From a bacterium (GTDB lineage: Bacteria > Patescibacteriota > Andersenbacteria > UBA10190 > CAIZMI01): a stretch of 64,000 nucleotides of DNA. The position numbers and the translations under genes are program-made. The notes under the pieces were generated by a model. That model was not told where the DNA came from. It saw only the letters and a list, made by a program, of their open reading frames with translations, and did not search any database. Shown one piece after another: positions 1-9,283 of the stretch; the stretch's first letter is position 1; each line of letters starts with the position of its first letter. The stretch covers positions 1,467 through 65,466 of the forward strand of contig JAUSJG010000008.1 of the NCBI GenBank assembly GCA_030647555.1. The letters are read 5' to 3'.

Positions 1-9
1 ATTGAGAAG

Positions 10-1407
10 GTGGTTTTAGAAAATTCGCTTGGCGTACCTCTTAGGCAAGAAAAAGTGTCTGCTCGTCCAGGAATAGTTTTTGAAAATAGTGCCGTTCTCT
101 CTCCATATGGAAGCGGTGATTTTATTGGTTCTTTATATATTGGTGGAGCCGTGGTTGAAGGGTTACCTCTTTGCGTAAAAGCGACAAGGGGAATGGGAAG
201 AGCAGTCTTTATTGAGGGAAGGACGCAATTAGAAGGTCGGGACTATAACTTTATTCAGTGGAAAGGTGTTGATTCTCTTGTTGGTGGAGGAATAGAGCAA
301 AATCTCGCCGAAGCGGACGGTAGTGTCGATTATATTGTTGGTGAAAAGGTAGATTTTTCGCCGTTAATGATGATTAAGTTTCCGGGTGGCAAGGAGTCGG
401 TGAGATTTCGCGGTACATCATTTTACAAAAATCTTTTGCGTGAGGCTGAAAAGAGCAAGCAGTTCGAACAATATGGTCTGCGGATGCCCAAAATTTTAAA
501 AACAATAAAGTTTTCCCGGGAATTCTGTCAAGAACACAATTTGCCAGTGCCGGAAAATGATGAAGAAGGAGATTCGAACGGTGAGATGCTGAAGGATTTT
601 GTCGAACGTCAAGATGTTGTTATGGGTGATAAACAAAAAGAAATAATACTTTTATCTTATGAAGCGAAAAAACATAATAAAGGTTTTGTTTTAGGACAAA
701 GTATTAGGGCTTTTCGTAACGTTTGGCGCGTGGATGACGCTGAAAAGTTGCGCGGAGATAAAGAGGGGCTCGCGCAGATTATCGAAACTTCAAAAAAGAT
801 ACTATCGGAAGAATTTGGACGAGAATTGGGGGATAGGGAGTTTGTTGAAGAGTTTGCAAAATTGCTTGGTCAACAAGTTGCTATACTTCTTGAAAATCGA
901 TTAGTGCAAGGCGCAATGCGAGACCACAAACAAGACATTACATTTGCCGCGGAAATTTGTGATTTTGATGGTGCTTATAATGTGGATGAGTATTTGGCAG
1001 ATCCTAATAATGAACCGCAATGGTTAAAAGATGGTCAAGGCACGAGAGAAGATTGGATAAAAGAGCGAGAGTTGAAGTTGTACAGGCAGATTTTGCTTGT
1101 TGGTGCCCACTTAAAACCCATTATTGGGACAATGGAAGAATTGGGAAGAGGTGATTTTTCAGAAGAAGTTATTAGTCAGTTTATTGACGGAATTGCAAGT
1201 AATCTATCTGAAGAAAAAAAGAAGCAACTCGAGCAGTTTTTAGTGGAAAATCAAAATAAAATAGAGACGGAATATGATAAGAAAATGCAAAATATCGAAG
1301 ATATTGTTGGAGATTCGGAAGTGGCACGTAGAAATTTTGCGGGATATAAGTTGTATTTCGAGGATATTTGTGCTAAATTACTGCAAAGCATACAAGGTAA
1401 AAAATAA
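10..1407 (+). CDS. hypothetical protein (465 aa), no recognisable motif
   Basis: Long ORF in the six-frame track. May extend upstream of the window. No conserved catalytic motif recognised. Confidence 0.45.
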   Translation: MVLENSLGVPLRQEKVSARPGIVFENSAVLSPYGSGDFIGSLYIGGAVVEGLPLCVKATRGMGRAVFIEGRTQLEGRDYNFIQWKGVDSLVGGGIEQNLAEADGSVDYIVGEKVDFSPLMMIKFPGGKESVRFRGTSFYKNLLREAEKSKQFEQYGLRMPKILKTIKFSREFCQEHNLPVPENDEEGDSNGEMLKDFVERQDVVMGDKQKEIILLSYEAKKHNKGFVLGQSIRAFRNVWRVDDAEKLRGDKEGLAQIIETSKKILSEEFGRELGDREFVEEFAKLLGQQVAILLENRLVQGAMRDHKQDITFAAEICDFDGAYNVDEYLADPNNEPQWLKDGQGTREDWIKERELKLYRQILLVGAHLKPIIGTMEELGRGDFSEEVISQFIDGIASNLSEEKKKQLEQFLVENQNKIETEYDKKMQNIEDIVGDSEVARRNFAGYKLYFEDICAKLLQSIQGKK

Positions 1408-1540
1408 TTAATTTATTTTTAAGACATGCAATTTTATGTCAGAACGTGCTCCAAGGGTATTACCAATTGAGCCGGAAGAAACCGGGATGATAAAACGAAA
1501 CTTAGAAGATGGTGAGTTAAGAGAGAGGCCTTTTGGGGAG

Positions 1541-1805
1541 GATGTTTTGCGGGTCATACGCAATAGTGGGTCATTTAGAGCAAACGTCGTAGCGATTCCT
1601 CCCTTTTTCAAAGGGAGGTGAGGAGGGATTGTAAAAATAAGAACATCTCAACTTCTTAACTTAATCCACCCTCGCCCTTTGCTCATCAGAGTAACACCGC
1701 CGAAGCGCGTGCAACTTTGAAAAAGGAGGGGGACAACGACGTCGTTTTCTTTAATGTTGCGATAATTCTGTTTTGTTGGTATCCCACTATTGCGTATGAC
1801 CCTGT
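1541..1805. repeat. ~265-bp nested palindromic element, copy A (internally deleted relative to copy B)
   Basis: Outer arms are gggtcatacgcaatagtggg (1548-1567) and cccactattgcgtatgaccc (1784-1803). Inner arms contain aaaggagg and caccgccgaag motifs. The reverse complement of 1536-1805 aligns with 63545-63845. Confidence 0.7.
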
Positions 1806-2367
1806 TTTGCAGGCTTCACTTGGGTTGGTGGAAAAATTACAAGGTCCAGAGTTTCAGAAAGCTTATGCAGATAGTCTTGCATATGGCTGGAGATATAAAA
1901 TGAATTTTTCCACCTCTAAAAGAGATGAAAAATTTATAAAACAGATGACGTCGGGCGAATTGGATATGACAAACAGAGGATTTGGTCTGTTATATACAGT
2001 GATTGATAGGATGAAAGAGAAAATTAGTCGTGGTCTTGTTTCTCTGGATAACATGAAGGATTTGCAAAAAATGGCAACAGAGAAGCAAAGAGGAAGTGGT
2101 GAGACCTATAATGAAGGAATTATGGTAGAAACTCTTACAAATTGGCTCACTAGTTTTAAACAAGAGCAAATTGATCCAAAAAAAGTTGATGCAGAATTTT
2201 TAAGTGTTTTGTGTAGGGATATATATCAGATGATGTACAAAATTAATGAGCATGGTAACGCTAGAAAATTTGTTGATAACCCACGACAATTCAACGATGC
2301 GGCAATTGATTTAGATCGTGCCTATCAAGTAATAAAAGATGTTTCACGGAGTAATTACAAATTATAG
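1717..2367 (+). CDS. hypothetical protein; the listed TTG start lies inside the palindromic element, so the true start is probably downstream
   Basis: The first ~30 codons are part of the repeat shared with the murJ upstream region. The remainder is a clean ORF. Confidence 0.4.
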   Translation: MKKEGDNDVVFFNVAIILFCWYPTIAYDPVLQASLGLVEKLQGPEFQKAYADSLAYGWRYKMNFSTSKRDEKFIKQMTSGELDMTNRGFGLLYTVIDRMKEKISRGLVSLDNMKDLQKMATEKQRGSGETYNEGIMVETLTNWLTSFKQEQIDPKKVDAEFLSVLCRDIYQMMYKINEHGNARKFVDNPRQFNDAAIDLDRAYQVIKDVSRSNYKL

Positions 2368-2409
2368 ATATCTCAAAATATTGGTATTGTATAAATAGCG
2401 CATTCTTGT

Positions 2410-3492
2410 TTGTGTTATAATATCCGTATGAACTACAGTCAAATTTTAAGGCGTAGCTGGGAGATTCTTAAAAACAACAAGTTTTTGTGGGGATTGGGGA
2501 TCCTCGCAGGATTAGTGTCGGGTGGCGGGGGAATACCTTCTTTTAATTTTCCTTCTAGTTATCAATCTGCTCAACCTACGCCTGCTGTAATTGAAACTTT
2601 GCCGACAACTAGTCCAGTAAATCAAAACATGGATCTTTCAATGGCAAGTGCTGGGCGCATTTTGGGGGATGCTGTACAGAAAAGTAAGTGCATAACTCGC
2701 GATTTGGGTGATAAATCCTTGGGTGACAAGTGTGGTAATGGACCAGTTCTTACTTCAGCGGTGATTACAATAATCGGTTTGTGTGTATTGCTAGGTATTG
2801 TTGTCGGACTAATAATTCTGTATTTTGGTACTTCCGCCAGAGCGGGGTTGATATTGGCTGTGGATAAGTTAGAAACAACGGGTGAAAAAATGGGTTTCAA
2901 AAAAGCGCTCAATGAAGGAAAAAAGTATTTTTGGCGTATTTTTGGCGCGGGGTTGTTGTACTCGGCTTATGTCCTGTTTTTTTTGGCGATTTGCGGGGCA
3001 CTGATTGGTATCGCGATATTGCTAAATAACACGGTTTCAACCGTTGTGATTGTGCTGATTGGCGTAGTTTTGTTTATCGCATTTTTGGTGTCATGCCTAT
3101 ATTTAGGGGTACTTTATTTGTTTATCGCGCAAATCATTGTTTTGGGAAATTTTGGTCCGATTGAGGCGTTAAAGAAAGCGCATCTTTTGGTGAAGAGTCA
3201 GTGGCGTGATGTGCTAATTAGCTGGATTATTATGATTGGAATCGGTTTTGCGATGGGACTAGTGATTGTTCTTTCCTTGTTGATTGTCGGCACAATTTTG
3301 GCACTTGTCGGATTTGGTATTTATGGATTGGCGGGTGTAGTTGGCGCGGTAATTTTTGGGATTATTTTTGGAACTATTTTGTTTGTCGTTTTATTTATTA
3401 TTAGAGGTTTTGTCACCGCGTATATGTCGATTTTTACCACTTTGGTTTATCGTGCGCTATACTATATTCAAGCTCAAAAATTTATTAATTAA
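2410..3492 (+). CDS. polytopic integral membrane protein (many G/I/L/V-rich TM helices), unknown function
   Basis: ORF of 360 aa. Hydrophobic helices run from about residue 110 to the C-terminus. Confidence 0.55.
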   Translation: MCYNIRMNYSQILRRSWEILKNNKFLWGLGILAGLVSGGGGIPSFNFPSSYQSAQPTPAVIETLPTTSPVNQNMDLSMASAGRILGDAVQKSKCITRDLGDKSLGDKCGNGPVLTSAVITIIGLCVLLGIVVGLIILYFGTSARAGLILAVDKLETTGEKMGFKKALNEGKKYFWRIFGAGLLYSAYVLFFLAICGALIGIAILLNNTVSTVVIVLIGVVLFIAFLVSCLYLGVLYLFIAQIIVLGNFGPIEALKKAHLLVKSQWRDVLISWIIMIGIGFAMGLVIVLSLLIVGTILALVGFGIYGLAGVVGAVIFGIIFGTILFVVLFIIRGFVTAYMSIFTTLVYRALYYIQAQKFIN

Positions 3493-3509
3493 TTTTTAAT
3501 AACAAAACG

Positions 3510-3992
3510 ATGGAAAATAATCAAGAGCAAGTTCCGGTACAGCCACCTGTTACCGCGCAAGTGCCAGTTGGGGTTAATCCGGCAGGCGCAAGTGGTGTTG
3601 ATGGTCCAAACGGACCGTTTCCCGCGGAATTAAATCATTGGAATTGGGGAGCATTTCTTTTGAGCTGGATTTGGGCGATTGGTAACCAGGTTTGGATTGG
3701 ATTACTAGTTTTGCTTTCATTTATTCCTGTTATCGGGGGAATTATCGCTTTAGTGATGGTGATAATGTTGGGTATCAAGGGTAACGAATGGGCCTGGAAA
3801 GCGAAGAAATGGGATAGCGTTGAACATTTCAAAACAGTGCAGAAAAAGTGGGCAAAGTGGGGAGTCATTCTTGCTATTGTTGGTGTTGTTATTGCAATTT
3901 TGATGGCCGTTGCCATGATGTTTTTGGTGGCGAAAGTGGCAACGGATGAGCCAAGTCGCGTTCAGCAATACAATGTAAATATTCCGGAGTAA
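3510..3992 (+). CDS. small membrane protein (2-3 TM helices), unknown function
   Basis: ORF of 160 aa. Pro-rich N-terminus followed by TM helices. Confidence 0.5.
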   Translation: MENNQEQVPVQPPVTAQVPVGVNPAGASGVDGPNGPFPAELNHWNWGAFLLSWIWAIGNQVWIGLLVLLSFIPVIGGIIALVMVIMLGIKGNEWAWKAKKWDSVEHFKTVQKKWAKWGVILAIVGVVIAILMAVAMMFLVAKVATDEPSRVQQYNVNIPE

Positions 3993-4030
3993 TAACAGTA
4001 AAAAAGTAATTGTAATATCAGTTAAATTTA

Positions 4031-4093
4031 GACGAGTTCGGACATTAAAACAGTTCTGTCTGCGGAAGGAACAGTTTTAATGTCCGAACTCGT
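4031..4093. terminator. perfect 25-bp-stem palindrome downstream of 3510..3992 (probable intrinsic terminator or insulator)
   Basis: acgagttcggacattaaaacagttc ... gaacagttttaatgtccgaactcgt, followed by ttatttt. Confidence 0.5.
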
Positions 4094-4151
4094 TTATTTT
4101 GAGGAAATTTTAGCATTCGCCATTTTCTATATTTAGCTTTATTCTTTTTCT

Positions 4152-4850
4152 ATGACCGAAAATACATTGCAGCCAAATGAAGGCAAAAAATTGGAAAAAG
4201 TTGTGGCGGGGGTAAATTATCTTCGTTTTCCGATTAAAACTCACGTCGTAAAACCAACGGATGATATTGAAGCGGTTGTAAAACAGTATTTGGCTCACCT
4301 GCTTCAGACGGGTGACATGGTGGCGATTTCGGAAAAAGTGGTGGCGATTACCCAGGGTCGTTCATATCCAATTAAGGATATTAAGCCGTCCTGGCTGGCA
4401 AAATTGTTGGTAAAATTTGTTTTTAAACCAAAGTGGGGAATCGGATTGGGAAGTCCGTGGACAATGGAATTGGCTCTGCGTGAGGCGGGGGCACCACGTA
4501 TTCTTTTCGCCGCCCTTGCTTCGGCTATTACAAAACCGTTTGGCGTGCGCGGTGTGTTTTACCGCGTGGCCGGGAAAAATATCAACGCGATTGATGGCCC
4601 AACGCCTTACACACTTCCGCCCTACAACGAATACGCAAAATTAGCACCGAAGGATCCGGAAAATGTCGCACAAAAGTTAGCCGAATTGCTAAAAGTTGGC
4701 GTAGCGATTATCGATGCTAATGATATTGGTGTGCAAGTGTTGGGTGCTTCAGAGGGAATGAACATAGAGCTAATTCGTGAACTATTTAAAGACAATCCAC
4801 TGGGACAGACAACAGAGCAAACACCACTTTGTATAATTAGAAAGTGTTGA
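4152..4850 (+). CDS. F420-0:gamma-glutamyl ligase-like protein (CofE family homolog)
   Basis: GDMVAISEKVVAITQGR matches the CofE motif GDIVVISSKVVSKAEGR. LAPKDPENVAQKLAELLKVGVAIIDAND matches LLPKDPDESARKIREEIEKRTGVKVGVIISD of the same family. Confidence 0.65.
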   Translation: MTENTLQPNEGKKLEKVVAGVNYLRFPIKTHVVKPTDDIEAVVKQYLAHLLQTGDMVAISEKVVAITQGRSYPIKDIKPSWLAKLLVKFVFKPKWGIGLGSPWTMELALREAGAPRILFAALASAITKPFGVRGVFYRVAGKNINAIDGPTPYTLPPYNEYAKLAPKDPENVAQKLAELLKVGVAIIDANDIGVQVLGASEGMNIELIRELFKDNPLGQTTEQTPLCIIRKC

Positions 4851-4877
4851 AGTAGACAAATTAAGTAAATAACTACC

Positions 4878-4924
4878 GACCAGGGTTGAACCTTGGACAA
4901 GACTGTCCAAGGTTCAACCCTGGT
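4878..4924. terminator. perfect 21-bp-stem palindrome after the cofE-like gene
   Basis: accagggttgaaccttggaca agac tgtccaaggttcaaccctggt. Confidence 0.45.
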
Positions 4925-4944
4925 TTGCGTGGCTTTGATTACCC

Positions 4945-4970
4945 GTTCCCTTGAAAAGGGGAACTTTTTG
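4945..4970 (+). terminator. rho-independent terminator
   Basis: gttcccttgaaaaggggaac followed by tttttg. Confidence 0.6.
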
Positions 4971-5043
4971 GTGTATATTGGTTGTAGGTGGAAAAAAGTG
5001 GGGAAAAGTGGGGAAAACAGTGGATAACTTTTCAAAAGCCAAG

Positions 5044-5481
5044 ATGTTTATCGGCGAATATCACCATAGTATTGATGAAAAAGGACGTTTGGCTCTTCCA
5101 ACAAAGTTTCGGAAGGAATTGGCACAGGGAATCGTGGTAACCCGTGGATTAGACCATTGTTTGTTCGTTTACACCCAAGCGATGTGGGAAAAAATGGCCG
5201 GTAGAATTGGCAATTTGCCCATGAATCAAAAGAACAATCGTGCGTTTGCCCGTTTGATGTTGGCCGGTGCGATGGATAGCAAAATTGACGGTCAGGGCAG
5301 AGTGGTGTTGCCGGATTATTTGAGAACGTTTGGCGGGTTAACAAAGAATGTGGTGGTGGCCGGTGTGCAAGATCGTCTGGAAATTTGGGACGAAGCCGAA
5401 TGGGCCAGATACACCAAGGATGCGGAACAGCACAGCGAGGAAATTGCTGAAGCAATCGAGCTCTTTCAAAACGAAGTATAA
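5044..5481 (+). CDS. mraZ: transcriptional regulator MraZ
   Basis: MFIGEYHHSIDEKGRLALP... is a duplicated MraZ-type domain. The gene sits immediately upstream of rsmH. The start was moved to the internal ATG at 5044, which lies after the terminator at 4945-4970. Confidence 0.85.
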   Translation: MFIGEYHHSIDEKGRLALPTKFRKELAQGIVVTRGLDHCLFVYTQAMWEKMAGRIGNLPMNQKNNRAFARLMLAGAMDSKIDGQGRVVLPDYLRTFGGLTKNVVVAGVQDRLEIWDEAEWARYTKDAEQHSEEIAEAIELFQNEV

Positions 5482-5492
5482 AAATATAAACA

Positions 5493-6479
5493 ATGGCGTT
5501 AGATCTTAATACGCAAAGTTTGGGTCGCACTGACCGTATCTTGCATCAACCGATATTTTTGCAAGAAATCCTTAAGTCTTTGGTTCAACCAAAGGCGCGT
5601 TACGTTGATGGCACTTTGGGGGACGGGGGACACGCCAAAGCTCTGCTTACCGCGAGCGATGAATCATCAAAATTGATTGGTATCGACTTGGATACGGAAG
5701 GACAAGTGCGTGCCAAAAAAGAACTCGTAGCATTTGGCGACCGCGTGTTATTTGCACACAACACGTTTGCGAATGTGGACGAAGTGGTTAAGCAGGTGGG
5801 CTGGGGGTTCGCGACGGGAATTCTTTTCGACTTGGGAATGTCAACTCATCATCTCCAAGCCGAACGAGGTTTCTCTTTCAAAAATCAAGGAGCATTGGAT
5901 ATGCAGTTTGATCCCACGGGGACGATCGCGCTTCCGGAACCGACGGCGATTTATCTAAAACGAATCGCGCGAAAAATTCCAGCTTATACCGCGAAGGATT
6001 TGCTGAATAATTTGCACGAGGATGAATTGGCAGAATTGATTCAAAGCTACGGCGAAGAAGCATTCTCCGAACGGATTGCTGCGGGAATTGTGCAAGAGCG
6101 CCGTAACGGCGATATCGATTCCGTTCCGCAGTTGGTCCAAATTGTCTTGCGAGCCTATCCCGGAGGAAAGAGACACGGGCGTATCCATATTGCGACTAAA
6201 ACTTTTCAGGCATTGCGGATCGCAGTGAATAGGGAATACGAAACGTTGCAAATTGCCATCAAGAAATCATTAGCGATTTTGGCAGATGGTGGGCGATTGG
6301 CAATTATCTCTTTTCACTCCGGAGAAGATCGCATTGTAAAGCAGGTGTTTAGGCAGGCGGCACAAAGTGAAAACTTTACGCTTCTGACCAAACATCCAAT
6401 TAAGCCGACGTTTCAAGAAGTTCGCGCCAACGCCTGGAGTCGTAGCGCAAAACTAAGAATTTTAGAAAAATCCAAATAA
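5493..6479 (+). CDS. rsmH: 16S rRNA (cytosine1402-N4)-methyltransferase RsmH (MraW)
   Basis: YVDGTLGDGGHAKALL SAM-binding motif. Position in the dcw cluster. Confidence 0.9.
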   Translation: MALDLNTQSLGRTDRILHQPIFLQEILKSLVQPKARYVDGTLGDGGHAKALLTASDESSKLIGIDLDTEGQVRAKKELVAFGDRVLFAHNTFANVDEVVKQVGWGFATGILFDLGMSTHHLQAERGFSFKNQGALDMQFDPTGTIALPEPTAIYLKRIARKIPAYTAKDLLNNLHEDELAELIQSYGEEAFSERIAAGIVQERRNGDIDSVPQLVQIVLRAYPGGKRHGRIHIATKTFQALRIAVNREYETLQIAIKKSLAILADGGRLAIISFHSGEDRIVKQVFRQAAQSENFTLLTKHPIKPTFQEVRANAWSRSAKLRILEKSK

Positions 6480-6483
6480 ACAA

Positions 6484-6918
6484 ATGACAATCTATTCCAT
6501 CAATAATCACAATAAGTACGGTTCTGGAAAAGCAACACCGCGTCGCGTGTCGGCATTATTGGCGCATAATAAAAACACAAAAGACCAGTATTCTTCACAG
6601 CGAGGTTCGACTATGGGAATATTTCTCTCCGGATTGGGAATATTGTCGATAATAGTTGTCGCGGGCTTTCTCTATATTTTTCAGGTGACGAGTTCGGCGG
6701 TGGGTGGATATGATACAACATCATTGGAAAAACAAATTGTCAAATTGCAAGACGAACGACGAGATTTGGAAATGCAAGCCGCTGATTTGCAATCATTGCA
6801 ATCTATCGAGCGAGGGGCAAAAAAGTTGCAGTTGGTGGCTTCTGATAAAGTTTTATACACCAGCCCGATTTCTAATAACAATTTGGTCGCGTATTCGGGA
6901 CAAGCAAGTGGATTATAA
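6484..6918 (+). CDS. ftsL: cell division protein FtsL-like (single TM helix plus coiled coil)
   Basis: Small bitopic protein between rsmH and ftsI. TM helix GIFLSGLGILSIIVVAGFLYIF followed by a coiled-coil-like segment. Confidence 0.5.
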   Translation: MTIYSINNHNKYGSGKATPRRVSALLAHNKNTKDQYSSQRGSTMGIFLSGLGILSIIVVAGFLYIFQVTSSAVGGYDTTSLEKQIVKLQDERRDLEMQAADLQSLQSIERGAKKLQLVASDKVLYTSPISNNNLVAYSGQASGL

Positions 6919-7067
6919 ATCGTTCACAACTGCGTCTATCAGTGACCGACCCTGACGTCCCCACTTCGCTCACCCTTTGCATAAAGCTACGGCGTGACAC
7001 GGTAAAGCTACGAGGGGCAGGTCAGGGACGGTCCCTGATTTGTTGACAGTTAACTTGCTATAATAAA

Positions 7068-8972
7068 TTGATGCGTGAGACTCCCTTAAAACGCGATAAA
7101 AATATGATCAAACGAAAGGGTGATCGGTTTTTCCTTTTATTCCTATTTGTTTTTGTGGTTTTTACGGCGCTTTTTTTGCGTTTAGGGTATTTACAGATTT
7201 TACAATCGGCAAAGTATACTTCATTGGCAGAAAATCAACGAACACGAACGTCAGATCTATTACCGCGACGCGGAAGTATCCTGTTGTCGGAAAAAGACGG
7301 CGTGGAACCATTCTCTGTGGCGACCACCAGGCAAGCAGAGTCCGCGTACGTAGAACCGCGCGTGATTAAAAATTTGGATTATACCGTAGGCATATTATCA
7401 GAGATATTGATGCGTTATGATCAGCGGGAAGTGGCGAGACGCGAAAAATTATTAGACGATTCCGGTCAGAATACGTTAGGGGAAATTGAAACAAGAAATA
7501 AGGATCGGAAAATTTTAATAGGAGAGGAAAAGTTAAAACAAGATGAGCAGGCTAAGCAGGATATTCAGAACCGATTACGTAACAAATTGAGTAATCCGAA
7601 AGATCCGTACGAGCCGTTAATTGCCTCTTATCAAAGATTCGACGATCAACTGATTCAGGATTTAAAAAATTTGAATTTGCCGGAAATTCGCTTTGAAAAA
7701 TTTTACGATCGATATTATCCGGAAGAAACTTTAGCGGCGCAAGTATTGGGTTATGTGCGTCAAGAAGGAATAGGAATTAAGGGAGAATATGGAATTGAAG
7801 GGGCAATGAATGATGTTTTACAAGGTCGTTCCGGTTTTATGGCGTCGGAACGGGACGTGATTGGGCGTTTAATTTCCGTAAGCAGTATGGACCTTAAACC
7901 GGCAGAGGACGGGGCGGACATCGTGTTGACAATTGATCGAATTGTTCAAACCTACGCGGAAAGTGTCGCGAAGCAGGGGCGCGATAAATTTAGCGCGGAA
8001 AAGGCCAGTATTATTGTTGCGGATCCTTACACGGGAGAAATAAAGGCAATTGCAAATTATCCGACATTTGATCCAAATTATTTTGGGGATGTTCGTGATA
8101 TAAGTGTTATGCGCAACAATGCAATTCTTGATGTTTTTGAACCCGGGTCTATTTTTAAGCCGTTAATTATGTCGATTGCCATCGATTTGGGCTTGGTTAC
8201 CCCTAACACGACGATGAATGATGCGGGTGCCTTGAAAGTTGGAAAATATATAATTAATACTTTTAACGGTAAGCATTTGGGGGTGATAACGATGACTCAA
8301 ATTCTCGAGCAATCAAATAACGTCGGAATGGTTTGGGTGGCGCAAAAAATCGGTGCGGAAAAACTTTTTGAAGGATTGCGTCATTTCGGGATCGGCGATA
8401 AAACAGGTTTGCCGCTCACTGGAGAGGCGGCTCGCGCTTTACCACTTCCGGATACTTGGTCGGAAGTAAAACTCGATACAATCAGTTTTGGACAAGGCGT
8501 CGTGGTTACTCCGATGCAGATGTTGGTTTCGGCAATGGCGGTAATAAACGGGGGACAACTTTTGGAACCGCATATTATCAAAGAAATTCGTTACTCCAAT
8601 GGTAATGTTGATAAAACGCAAGTAAAGCTGATTCGACAGGTTGTTTCTCCTGAATCCGCAACGAAAGTTTCGGCAATGATGACTTCTGTTGTTGAAAATG
8701 GCGTGGGTGCGTTGGCAAAAGTAAAAGGATATTATGTGGGCGGTAAAACCGGGACTGCGCAAGTGGTGGAATCGGAAACGGGGCGTTATTCCGCCGATAA
8801 GAAAATTATTTCCTTTTTTGGGTTCGCGCCGGCCGATAAGCCCAAATTTGCGGTGCTAATTATTCTTGATAATCCGAAAGGTTTAAGTTTTGCTTCTGGA
8901 ACCGCAGCACCAATGTTTCATGATTTAGCGAGCAAGCTTTTGAACTACTATATGGTGCCACCGACGCGGTGA
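7068..8972 (+). CDS. ftsI: peptidoglycan D,D-transpeptidase FtsI (class B penicillin-binding protein)
   Basis: SXXK (GSIFKPL), SXN (EQSNNVG) and KTGT (GKTGTAQ) motifs. N-terminal TM anchor. The cluster ends here with no downstream mur genes. Confidence 0.85.
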   Translation: MMRETPLKRDKNMIKRKGDRFFLLFLFVFVVFTALFLRLGYLQILQSAKYTSLAENQRTRTSDLLPRRGSILLSEKDGVEPFSVATTRQAESAYVEPRVIKNLDYTVGILSEILMRYDQREVARREKLLDDSGQNTLGEIETRNKDRKILIGEEKLKQDEQAKQDIQNRLRNKLSNPKDPYEPLIASYQRFDDQLIQDLKNLNLPEIRFEKFYDRYYPEETLAAQVLGYVRQEGIGIKGEYGIEGAMNDVLQGRSGFMASERDVIGRLISVSSMDLKPAEDGADIVLTIDRIVQTYAESVAKQGRDKFSAEKASIIVADPYTGEIKAIANYPTFDPNYFGDVRDISVMRNNAILDVFEPGSIFKPLIMSIAIDLGLVTPNTTMNDAGALKVGKYIINTFNGKHLGVITMTQILEQSNNVGMVWVAQKIGAEKLFEGLRHFGIGDKTGLPLTGEAARALPLPDTWSEVKLDTISFGQGVVVTPMQMLVSAMAVINGGQLLEPHIIKEIRYSNGNVDKTQVKLIRQVVSPESATKVSAMMTSVVENGVGALAKVKGYYVGGKTGTAQVVESETGRYSADKKIISFFGFAPADKPKFAVLIILDNPKGLSFASGTAAPMFHDLASKLLNYYMVPPTR

Positions 8973-9043
8973 GGGTGTCGGGAGAAGGTGGTGTAATTTT
9001 TATGAGCACCTTTTTTAATAAGAGCTCTTTCTGAGTTCAGATT

Positions 9044-9186
9044 TGTATATGGTATTTAGTATATAGTATATGGATTTACAATGTTTGGTGGTAAGATAAT
9101 TTTTTGCGGTTGACTAATCATTGGTCGGAACTTTACAAAACAACATCGGACAATAATTCCATATACCATACACTAAATACTATACG
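9044..9186. mobile_element. MITE-like element, family 1, copy 1
   Basis: Left terminus tgtatatggtatttagtatatagtatatggattta. Right terminus aattccatataccatacactaaatactatacg (inverted). The internal sequence is homologous to copy 2. Confidence 0.7.
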
Positions 9187-9283
9187 CTTTTTCTAATTGT
9201 GCACGGTGTTTGTTTTGTTGTTTATGTTCTTGACTTTGGAAATGCCAAATAATATACTCTAAAGTCCGCTATGGTGGCGGAGT

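Noticed and set aside
1436-1621. Small ORFs 1436..1621 (+) and 1408..1611 (-)
   Set aside because: Both lie entirely within arm sequences of the ~280-bp palindromic element. Palindromes generate mirrored ORFs on both strands, and there is no independent coding evidence.
7043-7064. TTGACA ... TATAAT pair upstream of ftsI as a sigma-70 promoter
   Set aside because: The spacer is only 10 nt, far from the canonical 16-18 nt. The TATAAT 7 nt before the ATG might still act as a -10 for a leaderless transcript, but this is unsupported.
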